Shown: positions 37,676-46,911 of the stretch, in pieces
How the letters are laid out: every line of letters starts with the position of its first letter
How positions within the stretch are numbered: the first letter of the stretch is position 1
Source: Oscillospiraceae bacterium
GTDB taxonomy: Bacteria > Bacillota > Clostridia > Lachnospirales > Lachnospiraceae
Reading direction: 5' to 3'
NCBI GenBank assembly: GCA_963617415.1
Contig: CAVEOK010000007.1
Location: 11,692-75,691, forward strand
Length of the DNA stretch: 64,000 nucleotides
The notes under the pieces: model-generated
The model's input: the letters and a program-made list of their open reading frames with translations, nothing else
The model's database searches: none
Told to the model about the DNA's origin: nothing
Translations under genes and position numbers: made by a program

Positions 37676-39211
37676 ATGAAGAAAAGAGCAGTGGTTCTGC
37701 TTTTGGCAGGACTTATGGCTTTGTCTTTGACAGCATGCGGTTCCAAGAAAACCCAGCCGGTCAAGGCAGGTGAAGAAAGCCAGAGCCAGCAGACAGATAC
37801 AAGCGAAGAAAGCAATATGGCAGACAGCGACAGCAGCACAGTCAGTCAGTCAGCTTCCTCCTATGTGACCCTGATGCCGGATGTGACAGAGGATATGACC
37901 AAGGCTTCTTATTGGAGCAGTCTGCAGGATCAAAATACCGGAGGAGATATTCCGTCTTCAACAGAGCAGCTGGCGACAAGCGAAGAAATTGAAGCTATGA
38001 ATCAGGCAATGCTCTCAGACAGTGATACAGCCATGTATGATCTGGAAAATTATTCACAGGATCTGTCTTCTCTGGCTTCTTCCTTAAGCAGTCAGGCACA
38101 GTCGGATCTTTCTGCTTATGCAGGCTCCTATTACGATGAAAGCGGAGCGGTCATTACCCAGGATACGATCAGCAGTATCTGTTCTAATATCAGCGGAATG
38201 AGCACAGGTGCTTCCCTTCAGTATGCAGTTTGCGTAAAGCGATCGGAACTGAAGTGCTGGCCTACGAGTAAGATTATCACAGATGAAGCAGGTGATACGA
38301 ATTTTGACTATAGCGTAGCTTCCTTTGTTCGTGTGAATGAGCCTGCTCTTGTGCTGGGAAGCTCGGCAGACGGTGCCTTCTATTATCTGGTAACCTATAC
38401 CTATAAGGGATGGGTAGCCAAGGATGCAGTGGCAATCTGTTCTTCTGCAGAGGAATGGAAGAATGCATGGCAGATGGATGAATCCTCCATGGCACTTGTA
38501 ACAAGTGATAAGCTTTATATGGAAACATCCAATGTGGACAGTGCATCCTCACAGCTTCTTTTAACCATGGGAACCCAGCTGGAGATCGCTACGGACAGCG
38601 GCAGAGCGGATACGATCGGAAATAGAAATGCAGCACAGAACCTGGTTGTTTATATTCCGACCAGAACAGAAAGCGGCTCTTATCAGAAGACAAAGGCTCT
38701 GATCTCACAAAGCGATTTGAACGAAGGCAATGTCAGTATCGGATTTTTGCCTATGACAACTGAAAATATTTTGAAGCAGAGCTTTAAATATCTGGGTGAC
38801 TGCTATGGCTGGGGAGGTATGCTGAACTCTGTAGACTGCTCCGGACTGGCAAGGGATGTCTACGCCTGCTTTGGCCTCATGATGCCGAGAGACAGCTCCA
38901 AACAGGCGGCTACACCGGCATTTTCCTATGATGTCAGCGGAAGCGGCAATCAGGATAAGAAAGCTGATCTGGATAAGGTTCCTGCAGGCTCTCTGGTTTA
39001 TTTCCCGGGACATGAAATGATCTACCTGGGCAAGGTAAATGATCACTATTATGTCATCAGTGCTGTCAGTACGATCAATCCGACAGACGGCGGATCCGGC
39101 AGGATCAGAAGCGTGGTGATCTCTACCTTGGATGGAACCATGCGGGGAAGCGGGAACTCCTGGTTGGGTGATCTGACGAGTATTCAGATTCCTTATAAGA
39201 CAGCGGAGTAG
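37676..39211 (+). CDS. lipoprotein with a C-terminal NlpC/P60 peptidoglycan endopeptidase domain
   Basis: Signal peptide with lipobox (LSLTAC) from the ATG at 37676, a Ser-rich linker, then an NlpC/P60 core GWGGMLNSVDCSGLARDVY...GHEMIYLG. Confidence 0.8.
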   Translation: MKKRAVVLLLAGLMALSLTACGSKKTQPVKAGEESQSQQTDTSEESNMADSDSSTVSQSASSYVTLMPDVTEDMTKASYWSSLQDQNTGGDIPSSTEQLATSEEIEAMNQAMLSDSDTAMYDLENYSQDLSSLASSLSSQAQSDLSAYAGSYYDESGAVITQDTISSICSNISGMSTGASLQYAVCVKRSELKCWPTSKIITDEAGDTNFDYSVASFVRVNEPALVLGSSADGAFYYLVTYTYKGWVAKDAVAICSSAEEWKNAWQMDESSMALVTSDKLYMETSNVDSASSQLLLTMGTQLEIATDSGRADTIGNRNAAQNLVVYIPTRTESGSYQKTKALISQSDLNEGNVSIGFLPMTTENILKQSFKYLGDCYGWGGMLNSVDCSGLARDVYACFGLMMPRDSSKQAATPAFSYDVSGSGNQDKKADLDKVPAGSLVYFPGHEMIYLGKVNDHYYVISAVSTINPTDGGSGRIRSVVISTLDGTMRGSGNSWLGDLTSIQIPYKTAE

Positions 39212-39281
39212 GCTAAACGCTGGCCGGTTAAATTATAAATCCGGTATGCATTCAAATGAAAATGAAGGGGGAGGGATCGGT

Positions 39282-40181
39282 ATGCCCAGTGAAGTTTCTG
39301 TGCGCTGCCTACTGGCTTCAGCACGGTATGGCAGTTTTACGAAGGCGGCAGAGGAATTATATATGACCCGGCAGGCAGTGAGCCAACAGATTGCTGCTCT
39401 GGAACGGGAGCTTAATGCAAAGCTCTTTGACCGTACCACAGCAAAGGTCATACCCACGCCAGTAGGCGAGTTGTACATCAGCTTTTTTAGCGACTTGCTT
39501 CGCCAGTGGGAAGAGGTACAAGGCAAGGCGGAATCCATCCTTCATCAGCAGGGTGAGACCATCCGTATCGGCTGCCTTTATGCTACCGATCTGGGTGATC
39601 GGCTACTGGAAAAGGTGGAAGAGGGACGAGCCCGGGGACATCGTTTTGATATTATCTGGGAGCGCCGGGAGGCACATGAACTGCTGACACAATTATTGGA
39701 AGGAAAACAGGATATTATATTTGTGTTCGATCAAACCGTGTTAAGCTCTGCAAAATCGGATTCTCTGGACTATTTTGACTTTGACCGATCACAGGGAGTC
39801 ATTGCCGTTCGCAAGAATCATCCGCTTGTGCACCCTGGTGCAAGCGCGAAGGATTTTGAACAGGAGCCTTGCTATCTTGCCGAGGGAATGCAGCCGGGAA
39901 TGCAGACGAAAGCTGATTTCCTGCGGGATTTTGCCCAATGCGGCCTAAATTTTACCAATGTCCAGGTACTGCCAAACCGTGAATCTGTTCAGACTATGGT
40001 CGAGTCAGGACATGGTATTACCACTTGTACTGATATGGAGCGCTTCATTCATTACCCGAATATTATCAGCTATCCGATCGGTCGCTTTCAGGAGATATAT
40101 TGCGTTTGGCGCAAAAACGAAAGACGTCCTCACATTCAGGCTTTCCTTGCCCTTCTTCGGGAAGATTATGATTCCCAATAA
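39282..40181 (+). CDS. LysR-family transcriptional regulator
   Basis: wHTH: YGSFTKAAEELYMTRQAVSQQIAALERELNAKLFDR. The preferred ATG at 39282 is preceded by GGGGGAGGG. Confidence 0.9.
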   Translation: MPSEVSVRCLLASARYGSFTKAAEELYMTRQAVSQQIAALERELNAKLFDRTTAKVIPTPVGELYISFFSDLLRQWEEVQGKAESILHQQGETIRIGCLYATDLGDRLLEKVEEGRARGHRFDIIWERREAHELLTQLLEGKQDIIFVFDQTVLSSAKSDSLDYFDFDRSQGVIAVRKNHPLVHPGASAKDFEQEPCYLAEGMQPGMQTKADFLRDFAQCGLNFTNVQVLPNRESVQTMVESGHGITTCTDMERFIHYPNIISYPIGRFQEIYCVWRKNERRPHIQAFLALLREDYDSQ

Positions 40182-40217
40182 CTGAAATAGAATAGCAAAT
40201 TGAATAACAAATGATAG

Positions 40218-40261
40218 AAAAGATTGACAAGCCGAATATTTCCGGTCTTGTCAATCTTTTT
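40218..40261. terminator. intrinsic (bidirectional-type) terminator after the LysR gene
   Basis: AAAAGATTGACAAG ... CTTGTCAATCTTTT hairpin with A and T flanks. Confidence 0.75.
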
Positions 40262-40339
40262 GTTTACAAGAGCATGAAAAAGGCTTGCTTGTTAAGCTGC
40301 CGAGGAGATGTTATAACAAAAGTGCACAAAGGAGCGCTC

Positions 40340-40354
40340 TTATTGCAAGAATAA
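40340..40354. promoter_or_regulatory. candidate LysR-type operator (T-N11-A palindrome)
   Basis: TTATT-GCAAG-AATAA perfect dyad about 45 nt upstream of the permease start. Confidence 0.35.
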
Positions 40355-40396
40355 CATAAGCATATTCCACAAAAAATGGAAAAGGAGGGAAAAGAA

Positions 40397-41737
40397 ATGA
40401 CAGGTATCGCAGCATCTGCTATTGCGGTTATCCTTGGTATAGTAGTATTCATCATTTTAGCCTATAAAGGAATGTCCCCCATTTTGGCTTCGCTTGTTGC
40501 GGCAGTAATCATAGGTTTTACTTGTGAAGGCGGTGTGAAAAACGCCATTTTCAATACCTTTATGCCTCAGGCGGTTGACTTTATGAGTATGGTATTGCTC
40601 CTGATCGTTGTAGGAGGGCTATTGGCGGCAGTGTTGGAGATCACAGGCACAACAGATTCCTTGGCAAATGGTATTATTTGTCTCTTAGGTGAACGGTCTA
40701 TCCCGGTTATTGTTTTTGTTATGACCGGACTCTTGTGTTTTCTGGGTGTCGGTTCCTACCAGTTCATTGTTGCGCCTCTGGCACTTGGCCTTCTGCAAAA
40801 GGCAAATGTCCCCCGTAATGTGGGGCTGATCGCCATGATGGTCGGTGCAAACGCGGTTACCTATTGTTTGCCAGGTACATCAGTTACGCCGAACCTGATG
40901 CCCACTACGATCCTTGGAACAAATATTTACGCCGGAGCAGTTCCCGGCATGGTTGCTTTTGTTCTCGCCACAGTTCTCGGTTTGGCCTATGTATATTGGA
41001 TGATGCGTAACTATGCAAAGCAAGGCGTGGGCTTTGAGCAGAGTGCGGCAGTTATTTCTGAGCCGCCTGGAGGCGCAGCTCCGATAAACAATGAGAAGCC
41101 TATGCCTCCCTTCTGGACAGCGGTCGTTACGATTATTCTGCTGTTTGGTCTGTGTTTCCTCTTCACCATGGTTCCGGACATCAGACTGGACGCTACGCAA
41201 GCCGTTATCATGGCACAGCTGCTGGCTGCATTGTGGGCTTTCGTGATCAATTTCAAGTACATGAATAAAGCTACTATGTTGAAGGATCTCTCAAACGGCA
41301 CGCTTGCAGTTATTCCACTGATCGTCATGCTAGGCTTTATTTCCGGTTTTGGTGCAGTAGCACAGAGCACAGCTGCTTTTTCTGCTTTGCTTGGCAGCCT
41401 CTTGTCTATGCATATCAATCCTTATCTGCTCACTTTCATCGGCGTTGCAGTGCTGGCTGGCTGTATGGGCAACGGAACCGGCGCACTGGTTCTCGTATTG
41501 AACGTGCTTTATCCCACCTTAGCGGCATCCAATGCCAATATGGGAGCTGTCCATCGTATCGCCACTACCACAGCATCTACTCTGGATTCACTGCCCCATT
41601 GTACAAATGTGTGTGTTTCTATGCAGGTATTTGGCATGAACCATAAGCAAAGCTATAAGCAGGTCTTTATCGGTACCGTTGTCATTCCTCTTATCTATGC
41701 CGGTGTCACCACCTTGCTTAGCATGCTAATCTATTAA
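40397..41737 (+). CDS. GntP-like / ion-transporter-superfamily anion permease
   Basis: About 12 TM segments, with a C-terminal HRIATTTASTLDSLPH block resembling GntP-family permeases. The ATG at 40397 is preceded by AAGGAGGG. Confidence 0.6.
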   Translation: MTGIAASAIAVILGIVVFIILAYKGMSPILASLVAAVIIGFTCEGGVKNAIFNTFMPQAVDFMSMVLLLIVVGGLLAAVLEITGTTDSLANGIICLLGERSIPVIVFVMTGLLCFLGVGSYQFIVAPLALGLLQKANVPRNVGLIAMMVGANAVTYCLPGTSVTPNLMPTTILGTNIYAGAVPGMVAFVLATVLGLAYVYWMMRNYAKQGVGFEQSAAVISEPPGGAAPINNEKPMPPFWTAVVTIILLFGLCFLFTMVPDIRLDATQAVIMAQLLAALWAFVINFKYMNKATMLKDLSNGTLAVIPLIVMLGFISGFGAVAQSTAAFSALLGSLLSMHINPYLLTFIGVAVLAGCMGNGTGALVLVLNVLYPTLAASNANMGAVHRIATTTASTLDSLPHCTNVCVSMQVFGMNHKQSYKQVFIGTVVIPLIYAGVTTLLSMLIY

Positions 41738-41763
41738 TTTTCTTAGAAAGGAGCATTCATAAT

Positions 41764-42498
41764 ATGAAGATCACAGGACTTTCTCTGGAGGAGATGGTCT
41801 CGCGCTGGGAGGATCGGCGCGAAATTCAAAATCTGATGGGACGTTATACTTACTCTCTTCTTCTCAAGCAAGAGAAAGATATTTTTGACACATTCTGGTG
41901 CAAAAAAGCCGAGAAGCCAACGCTGGGGCTGAATGACGGCTGGTATATCGGCTATGATGATGTACGCGGCTATTACGACGCTTTGCATCGCAAGACGCTT
42001 TTGCGTACCAAGCTCATCATGCAGGATTTTGCCGATCAGGCGGAGGGCAAGACAGAGGACGAACTCTACGGCTGCGGCGTGCTGGATCATAAGCCCTTGG
42101 GCAACCAGATCGTTGAGATAGCCGCTGACGGACAGACGGCCAAGGGCTTCTGGTATGTGGTAGGCAAGCAGGATGAATATGGTGTATCCGGCCCCTTGTC
42201 TTACTGGACCTTCGGTATGTTCGGTGTGGATTTTGTCTGGGAGGACGGTGAATGGCGCATCTGGCATCTGACTTATGTGGAAGATGTTCACACCCCTTGC
42301 GGCGAAAACTGGGCATCACCGGCCAAGGAACGTCAGGCGAATCCCATCTACGCGCCAATGGCAGAATTCGAGATGCCAAAGCCAACGGAGCAGGCTTGCC
42401 TTCGCACATTGTACAATCCGGCAAGAACATTTACCCGCAGCCTGCCGCTGCCGGAGGCATATACAACCTTTGCTGATACCTTCAGCTATGGTCGATAA
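41764..42498 (+). CDS. NTF2-fold / SnoaL-like protein, paralogue 1 (244 aa)
   Basis: IVEIAADGQTAKGFWY ... WEDGEWRIWHLTY core typical of SnoaL_4-type NTF2 domains. About 80 aa of C-terminal extension. Confidence 0.7.
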   Translation: MKITGLSLEEMVSRWEDRREIQNLMGRYTYSLLLKQEKDIFDTFWCKKAEKPTLGLNDGWYIGYDDVRGYYDALHRKTLLRTKLIMQDFADQAEGKTEDELYGCGVLDHKPLGNQIVEIAADGQTAKGFWYVVGKQDEYGVSGPLSYWTFGMFGVDFVWEDGEWRIWHLTYVEDVHTPCGENWASPAKERQANPIYAPMAEFEMPKPTEQACLRTLYNPARTFTRSLPLPEAYTTFADTFSYGR

Positions 42499-42512
42499 GG
42501 AGGGATCACACA

Positions 42513-43217
42513 ATGAGCAATTATGAAGAAAAAGAAACCATGTGGCGCGTCTGGGCGGTGGAGCAGATCAAAGATTTGATGAGCCGTCGGGCAATGTATT
42601 CCGCCAACGAGGAGCGCGCACGGGAATTGGATGAACTTTGGGTCAGCCAGCCCGCCCATCAGGCTACAGCATCCTTTGGCCGAAACTATGGCTATTATGT
42701 TGGGCTGGACGAAATCCGCAGCTACTATGTGGACGCGCATCAGAAGCGTATTGATTCACTAAATGGTACAGGGTATATGGAGTGCCATCCGGTTTGCTCT
42801 CCCTACGTTCAGTTGTCCGATGATGGGCAAAGCGCACGTGGACTCTGGTACTCCATCGGGCAGGAAACTTACCCTGACGAAAATGGTCGCAGCCGGGGAC
42901 TCTGGGTCAATGATAAGATTGCAGCTGATTTTCTATTAGAAGAGGATGGTTGGAAGATCTGGCATCTGATCCTATCCAATGACGTGTGGCATGAGGCCGG
43001 TACAGCAATCACGGAAATGCCGGATAAGATTCCGGAAGAAATGGATTGGATACGCAAAGAATTTGGTAAGCCGACCATTTCCATGACCGTGCATAATCCG
43101 CTCTATCTCTGGTGCGATGATTATCCCACGATCCCACCGCGTTACAAGAAGATTAACGCAGAGAACAGTTATGGACCTGAAGGTCATCCTAATTACAGCA
43201 AGGAGGTACAGTCATGA
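42513..43217 (+). CDS. NTF2-fold / SnoaL-like protein, paralogue 2 (234 aa)
   Basis: YVQLSDDGQSARGLWY ... EEDGWKIWHLIL core. It starts 14 nt after paralogue 1. Confidence 0.7.
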   Translation: MSNYEEKETMWRVWAVEQIKDLMSRRAMYSANEERARELDELWVSQPAHQATASFGRNYGYYVGLDEIRSYYVDAHQKRIDSLNGTGYMECHPVCSPYVQLSDDGQSARGLWYSIGQETYPDENGRSRGLWVNDKIAADFLLEEDGWKIWHLILSNDVWHEAGTAITEMPDKIPEEMDWIRKEFGKPTISMTVHNPLYLWCDDYPTIPPRYKKINAENSYGPEGHPNYSKEVQS

Positions 43218-43957
43218 ATCGAGATCTTCCTTTGTCCCAGCGTGTGACCCGCGCCGCTGACAGCTGTGAGCTGGAGCGAGTGCTGGCTACACATAATTAT
43301 CTGCATGCCGCAAGCCGGTCCAGTGAAGAATGGTCTACCGTCTGGTCAAAACGGGATGACACATCCTGGGCACACTTTTTTGGCCGGATGAGGGGATATG
43401 CTTCCGTCTGGATGGGCAGTGTAGTAGACTACGACCAGCAGTGCATCGAAAATTATCGAGAGGTCGAGGCAAACTATCCGGAAGTTGCCGGTATGGATTA
43501 TCGGCCCCTGTTCAATAATGCCATGCATACCCTGACCAATGGTATCATCGAGGTAGCGGACGACGGTGAAAGCGCCCGTGCATCCTATCTGACGCCCGGC
43601 CTCTTGTACAGCTTTCTGAATGATGACAAAAAGCCTTGGGGGGCAATGCTCTGGGAGCGTTATGGCATGGACTTTATCAAGGAAAATGGTGAATGGAAGT
43701 TCCTGCACTATCAGGTTTGCCCGGAGTTCTTTGCGCTCTATGACATTTTCAACCCGGCTGAGCTGAAATACCATAACCTGAAAGAGGGCATCCCCGATCC
43801 GCCACAATCCGCTCCGAGATATGTTGAAGATCCGGGACCACTGCACAAGGAATGTGATCCGCTGCAGCCGGTGCAGAACACCTGCCCGCCGCCTCTGCCT
43901 TATGCAAAACTAGATAACCATAACACTTATACGCAGTGCGACTGCTACGACGATTGA
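43214..43957 (+). CDS. NTF2-fold / SnoaL-like protein, paralogue 3 (247 aa)
   Basis: IIEVADDGESARASYL ... KENGEWKFLHYQV core. ATGA overlap with paralogue 2. Cys/Pro-rich acidic tail (CPPPLPYAKLDNHNTYTQCDCYDD). Confidence 0.7.
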   Translation: MNRDLPLSQRVTRAADSCELERVLATHNYLHAASRSSEEWSTVWSKRDDTSWAHFFGRMRGYASVWMGSVVDYDQQCIENYREVEANYPEVAGMDYRPLFNNAMHTLTNGIIEVADDGESARASYLTPGLLYSFLNDDKKPWGAMLWERYGMDFIKENGEWKFLHYQVCPEFFALYDIFNPAELKYHNLKEGIPDPPQSAPRYVEDPGPLHKECDPLQPVQNTCPPPLPYAKLDNHNTYTQCDCYDD

Positions 43958-43966
43958 GGTGAGATT

Positions 43967-44317
43967 ATGATTTCAATTAAAGAAATGACACAGAACTGCT
44001 TTTTGCCGGAAGGCATCTATCATCTGAATATCCTTGCTCCAAAGGGAACGCCTGAGCACATCATTGAGTTCAAATTGGAGCACGGCATCTATCAGGCAAA
44101 AATTCAGACGGAGCATGGTCCCCAAGAGGCCAAGCACCTGCATTTGGGAGATAAGTCTGTTTCCTGGCAGCAGATGGGTGGCACGCCCGGTACAGAGCTC
44201 TTTCAATATGACATGGAGATCTTCCCCGGCGGCTTCCTGATGGGAAAATGCTACCGCATTGACGTTCCCGAGGACGAAGCACCGGCTAGTCCAGTTATCG
44301 GAGAACCCGAGGAATAA
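43967..44317 (+). CDS. hypothetical 116-aa protein, last gene of the NTF2 module
   Basis: Starts 9 nt after paralogue 3. Family not recognised. Confidence 0.5.
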   Translation: MISIKEMTQNCFLPEGIYHLNILAPKGTPEHIIEFKLEHGIYQAKIQTEHGPQEAKHLHLGDKSVSWQQMGGTPGTELFQYDMEIFPGGFLMGKCYRIDVPEDEAPASPVIGEPEE

Positions 44318-44437
44318 ATAAAATTCACTTTTGCCTTTTGGGGATTGTACCTCTACCTAGGCTAATGCTTAGAGGAGTGGGATTTCTTCAACTTAGTTAA
44401 AAGTGATTACAATTAGAGTAATGTATGGCTATACCAC

Positions 44438-44594
44438 AAAAGGCAAGATGTTCTGCTCAAGATCAAAAACCGTTAGGAGAACCTCAGTGCTTAGCAAGAG
44501 GTGCATGGTACATGCGCCTCGAGCTTAGCATCTGCTAGGTTCTCCTTCGAGCGAGAGCGTGTTTTTGATCTGGCAGAATCATTCTTGCCTTTTT
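44438..44594. repeat. composite palindromic element (copy 2, with a nested ~80-nt insert)
   Basis: Outer arms AAAAGGCAAGATGTTCTGC / GGCAGAATCATTCTTGCCTTTTT. Cores at 44451-44476 and 44557-44578 match 23223-23248 (23/26) and 23252-23273 (21/22). Nested hairpins AGGAGAACCT/AGGTTCTCCT and GAGGTGCATG/CATGCGCCTC. Confidence 0.75.
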
Positions 44595-44734
44595 ATATTA
44601 GTTTTAAGTTGTCACGACGAGAGCCTCGCAAATCGCCATAGATTTACTCGCGTCGGAGCCGTGCTTCCGTAACATAAATTTACTAACTGAAGAAAAGCCT
44701 ATGTAATGTAGGGTGGCAAAATAGCTTGTCATGC

Positions 44735-45388
44735 CTACATATAAGTCAAATCCGGTGATATCTTGAAAGGTGCACCGGTTTTTTCTTTGATTTCCTCAAT
44801 GCTGACTCCTTCTCGATGCTCGAGCAGGGTAAGTCCCTCTGTCTTAGAGACTTCAAAAAAAGCAAGTTCAGTAACGATATACTTTACAACGCCGATTCCG
44901 GTCAGGGGCAGGGTGCAGCTTTCCAGAATCTTGGGCTTTCCGTCTTTGGTACAGTGATCAGTTGCAATGATAACATCCTCAATGCCCGAAACCAGATCCA
45001 TGGCGCCGCCCATGCCGGGATAGCTGCCGGGTCTTGCCCAGTTTGCAAGATCTCCGTATTGGGAAACCTCGAAGCAGCCAAGGACTGTCGCATGAAGCTT
45101 TCCGGTTCGGATCATGCCGAAGGAGGTACAGATGTCAAAAACACTGGCACCGGAAACCGTGCGGATGGAATTGCCGCCGGCATCAAAGTAGGGTGCCTCT
45201 GGCTCCAGACCAGCATAAATCTCGCCGACACCCAGGATACCATTCTCCGACTGGATGACAACATTGTCGGTAATATAATTAGAAACCAAGGTGGGAATGC
45301 CTACGCCCAGATTGATCACGTCTCCGTCATGAAACCAGGAGGCGATTTTTTTTGCAATAAACTGTCTGTTTTCCTGTGTTGTGCTCAT
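44735..45388 (-). CDS. 3-oxoacid / acetate CoA-transferase subunit B
   Basis: INLGVGIPT and SENGILGVG motifs, ~217 aa. Confidence 0.9.
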   Translation of the reverse strand: MSTTQENRQFIAKKIASWFHDGDVINLGVGIPTLVSNYITDNVVIQSENGILGVGEIYAGLEPEAPYFDAGGNSIRTVSGASVFDICTSFGMIRTGKLHATVLGCFEVSQYGDLANWARPGSYPGMGGAMDLVSGIEDVIIATDHCTKDGKPKILESCTLPLTGIGVVKYIVTELAFFEVSKTEGLTLLEHREGVSIEEIKEKTGAPFKISPDLTYM

Positions 45389-45400
45389 AGCGGCCTCCTT

Positions 45401-46069
45401 TTATGCGTCCTGAAACTGATCCAGAATCATATCAACAAATACGCCCGGTGTGATTACATTCTCAGCTGCGATTTCATCGATTTCGACAAAATGATCTGCC
45501 TGAACGATGGTTTTGTCACCAGCCATGGCAATGATAGGATTACTGTTGCGGGCAGTTCCTCTGTAGGTAAGGTTGCCGTAGTGATCTGCGGTCGCGGCAC
45601 GAACCAGGGAAATATCTGCCCGAAGGGCAGTTTCCAGCATATATTCCTGTCCGTTAATGATCTCTGTTTTCTGGCCATGCTGGGCAACGGTGCCAAGTCC
45701 TGTTTTGACCATAACGCCGCCTAAGCCGACGCCGCCTGCACGAATCCGTTCAGCGATGGTGCCCATGGGACAGAATTCTACTTCGATTTTGCCGGAAGCC
45801 ATAAGCTCCAGATTTTTCGGAATATTACCGGCATGGGCGATGATAATCTTATCAAAAATACCCATATGATAAAGCTCGGCAGCGCTGGCATCCAGGGCAA
45901 TATTGGTAAGATGCTTTGCTCCGCTTTCTACAAGTGCCTGAAAAAGCATATTGGGACAGCCATGGAAGGCAAAGCCGCCGGTCATTATGGTTTGTCCGTC
46001 ATGAAATTCCTTGATGATATCTTCTTTGGTATAAAGCTTACTGATCAAATTTTTCCCCTCTTTTCTCAA
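45401..46069 (-). CDS. 3-oxoacid / acetate CoA-transferase subunit A
   Basis: DGQTIMTGGF, CPMGTIAERIRAGG and YRGTARNSNP motifs. Confidence 0.9.
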   Translation of the reverse strand: MRKEGKNLISKLYTKEDIIKEFHDGQTIMTGGFAFHGCPNMLFQALVESGAKHLTNIALDASAAELYHMGIFDKIIIAHAGNIPKNLELMASGKIEVEFCPMGTIAERIRAGGVGLGGVMVKTGLGTVAQHGQKTEIINGQEYMLETALRADISLVRAATADHYGNLTYRGTARNSNPIIAMAGDKTIVQADHFVEIDEIAAENVITPGVFVDMILDQFQDA

Positions 46070-46125
46070 TTTTTCTGCTTTGCATTATAGCATAGACAAT
46101 TTAGAGAAGGATAGAGGAATAGGCC

Positions 46126-46677
46126 TTATTTTTCCCGCAGATAGTCCAGCCAGTTGACGCTGTCGATGGGATAGCTCTTTGGATTTTTGATCCAGATCAG
46201 GATCAGCTGCATAATGCCGCCGGAATAGAAGGCGGCCTTCATTTCATTACTCTCTTTTGCATCGGGCTGATGCACTTCCAGAAAAAGAAAAACGTTATGA
46301 CGGACAGCTTCTGAAAAAATCTCCATCATGGAGGGGAGAAGCTGACTGTTCTTTAGATTTTTGACCAGCTGGGGATGGCTTTCAAAAAAAGCGATCAGCT
46401 GATGGAAAATCTGATCGTTATAGGGCTCTTCCTTATCTTTGTCTTCAGAGGAATATTCCGGCAGGGCAGCGATGAATTCATCCCGCATTTCCTGAATAAA
46501 GAAGGCCAGAAAATCGTATTTGTCCTGAAAATGGTTGTAAAAGGTAGCCCGGCGGATTTCAGCCTCCTGGCAAAGCTGCTGCACGCTAATGTCCTCAAAA
46601 CGCTTCTTCTCCAGCAGATCCAGAAAGGCTTTTTTTAGACTGCGAAGGGTCTTGCTTGTTCTTAAATCACTCATCAA
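46126..46677 (-). CDS. TetR/AcrR-family transcriptional regulator
   Basis: N-terminal HTH: FEDISVQQLCQEAEIRRATFYNHFQDKYD. Confidence 0.85.
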   Translation of the reverse strand: MMSDLRTSKTLRSLKKAFLDLLEKKRFEDISVQQLCQEAEIRRATFYNHFQDKYDFLAFFIQEMRDEFIAALPEYSSEDKDKEEPYNDQIFHQLIAFFESHPQLVKNLKNSQLLPSMMEIFSEAVRHNVFLFLEVHQPDAKESNEMKAAFYSGGIMQLILIWIKNPKSYPIDSVNWLDYLREK

Positions 46678-46797
46678 AATCTCGTTTCCGCTGTTCTTTG
46701 CAGGACAGCAAAGTTTTTGCTACTTCGGCAGATCATATGGATTTGCAAGGGTTTTATCCCTGCATGAATAGCTTAAGAATAGACAATATTGGTCATA

Positions 46798-46815
46798 ATG
46801 TCAAATAATTGACAT
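46798..46815. promoter_or_regulatory. candidate TetR operator in the divergent promoter region
   Basis: Perfect dyad ATGTCAA-ATAA-TTGACAT between the TetR gene and the MMPL gene. Confidence 0.35.
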
Positions 46816-46911
46816 CTGATAAATACTGTACCTTGAAGTCACTTTTCCGCAATTTTATAGTAGCAGGGTGTTTTAGAAAAATGCTGAGTAAGTTTTGACA
46901 AGGAGAGTGTT

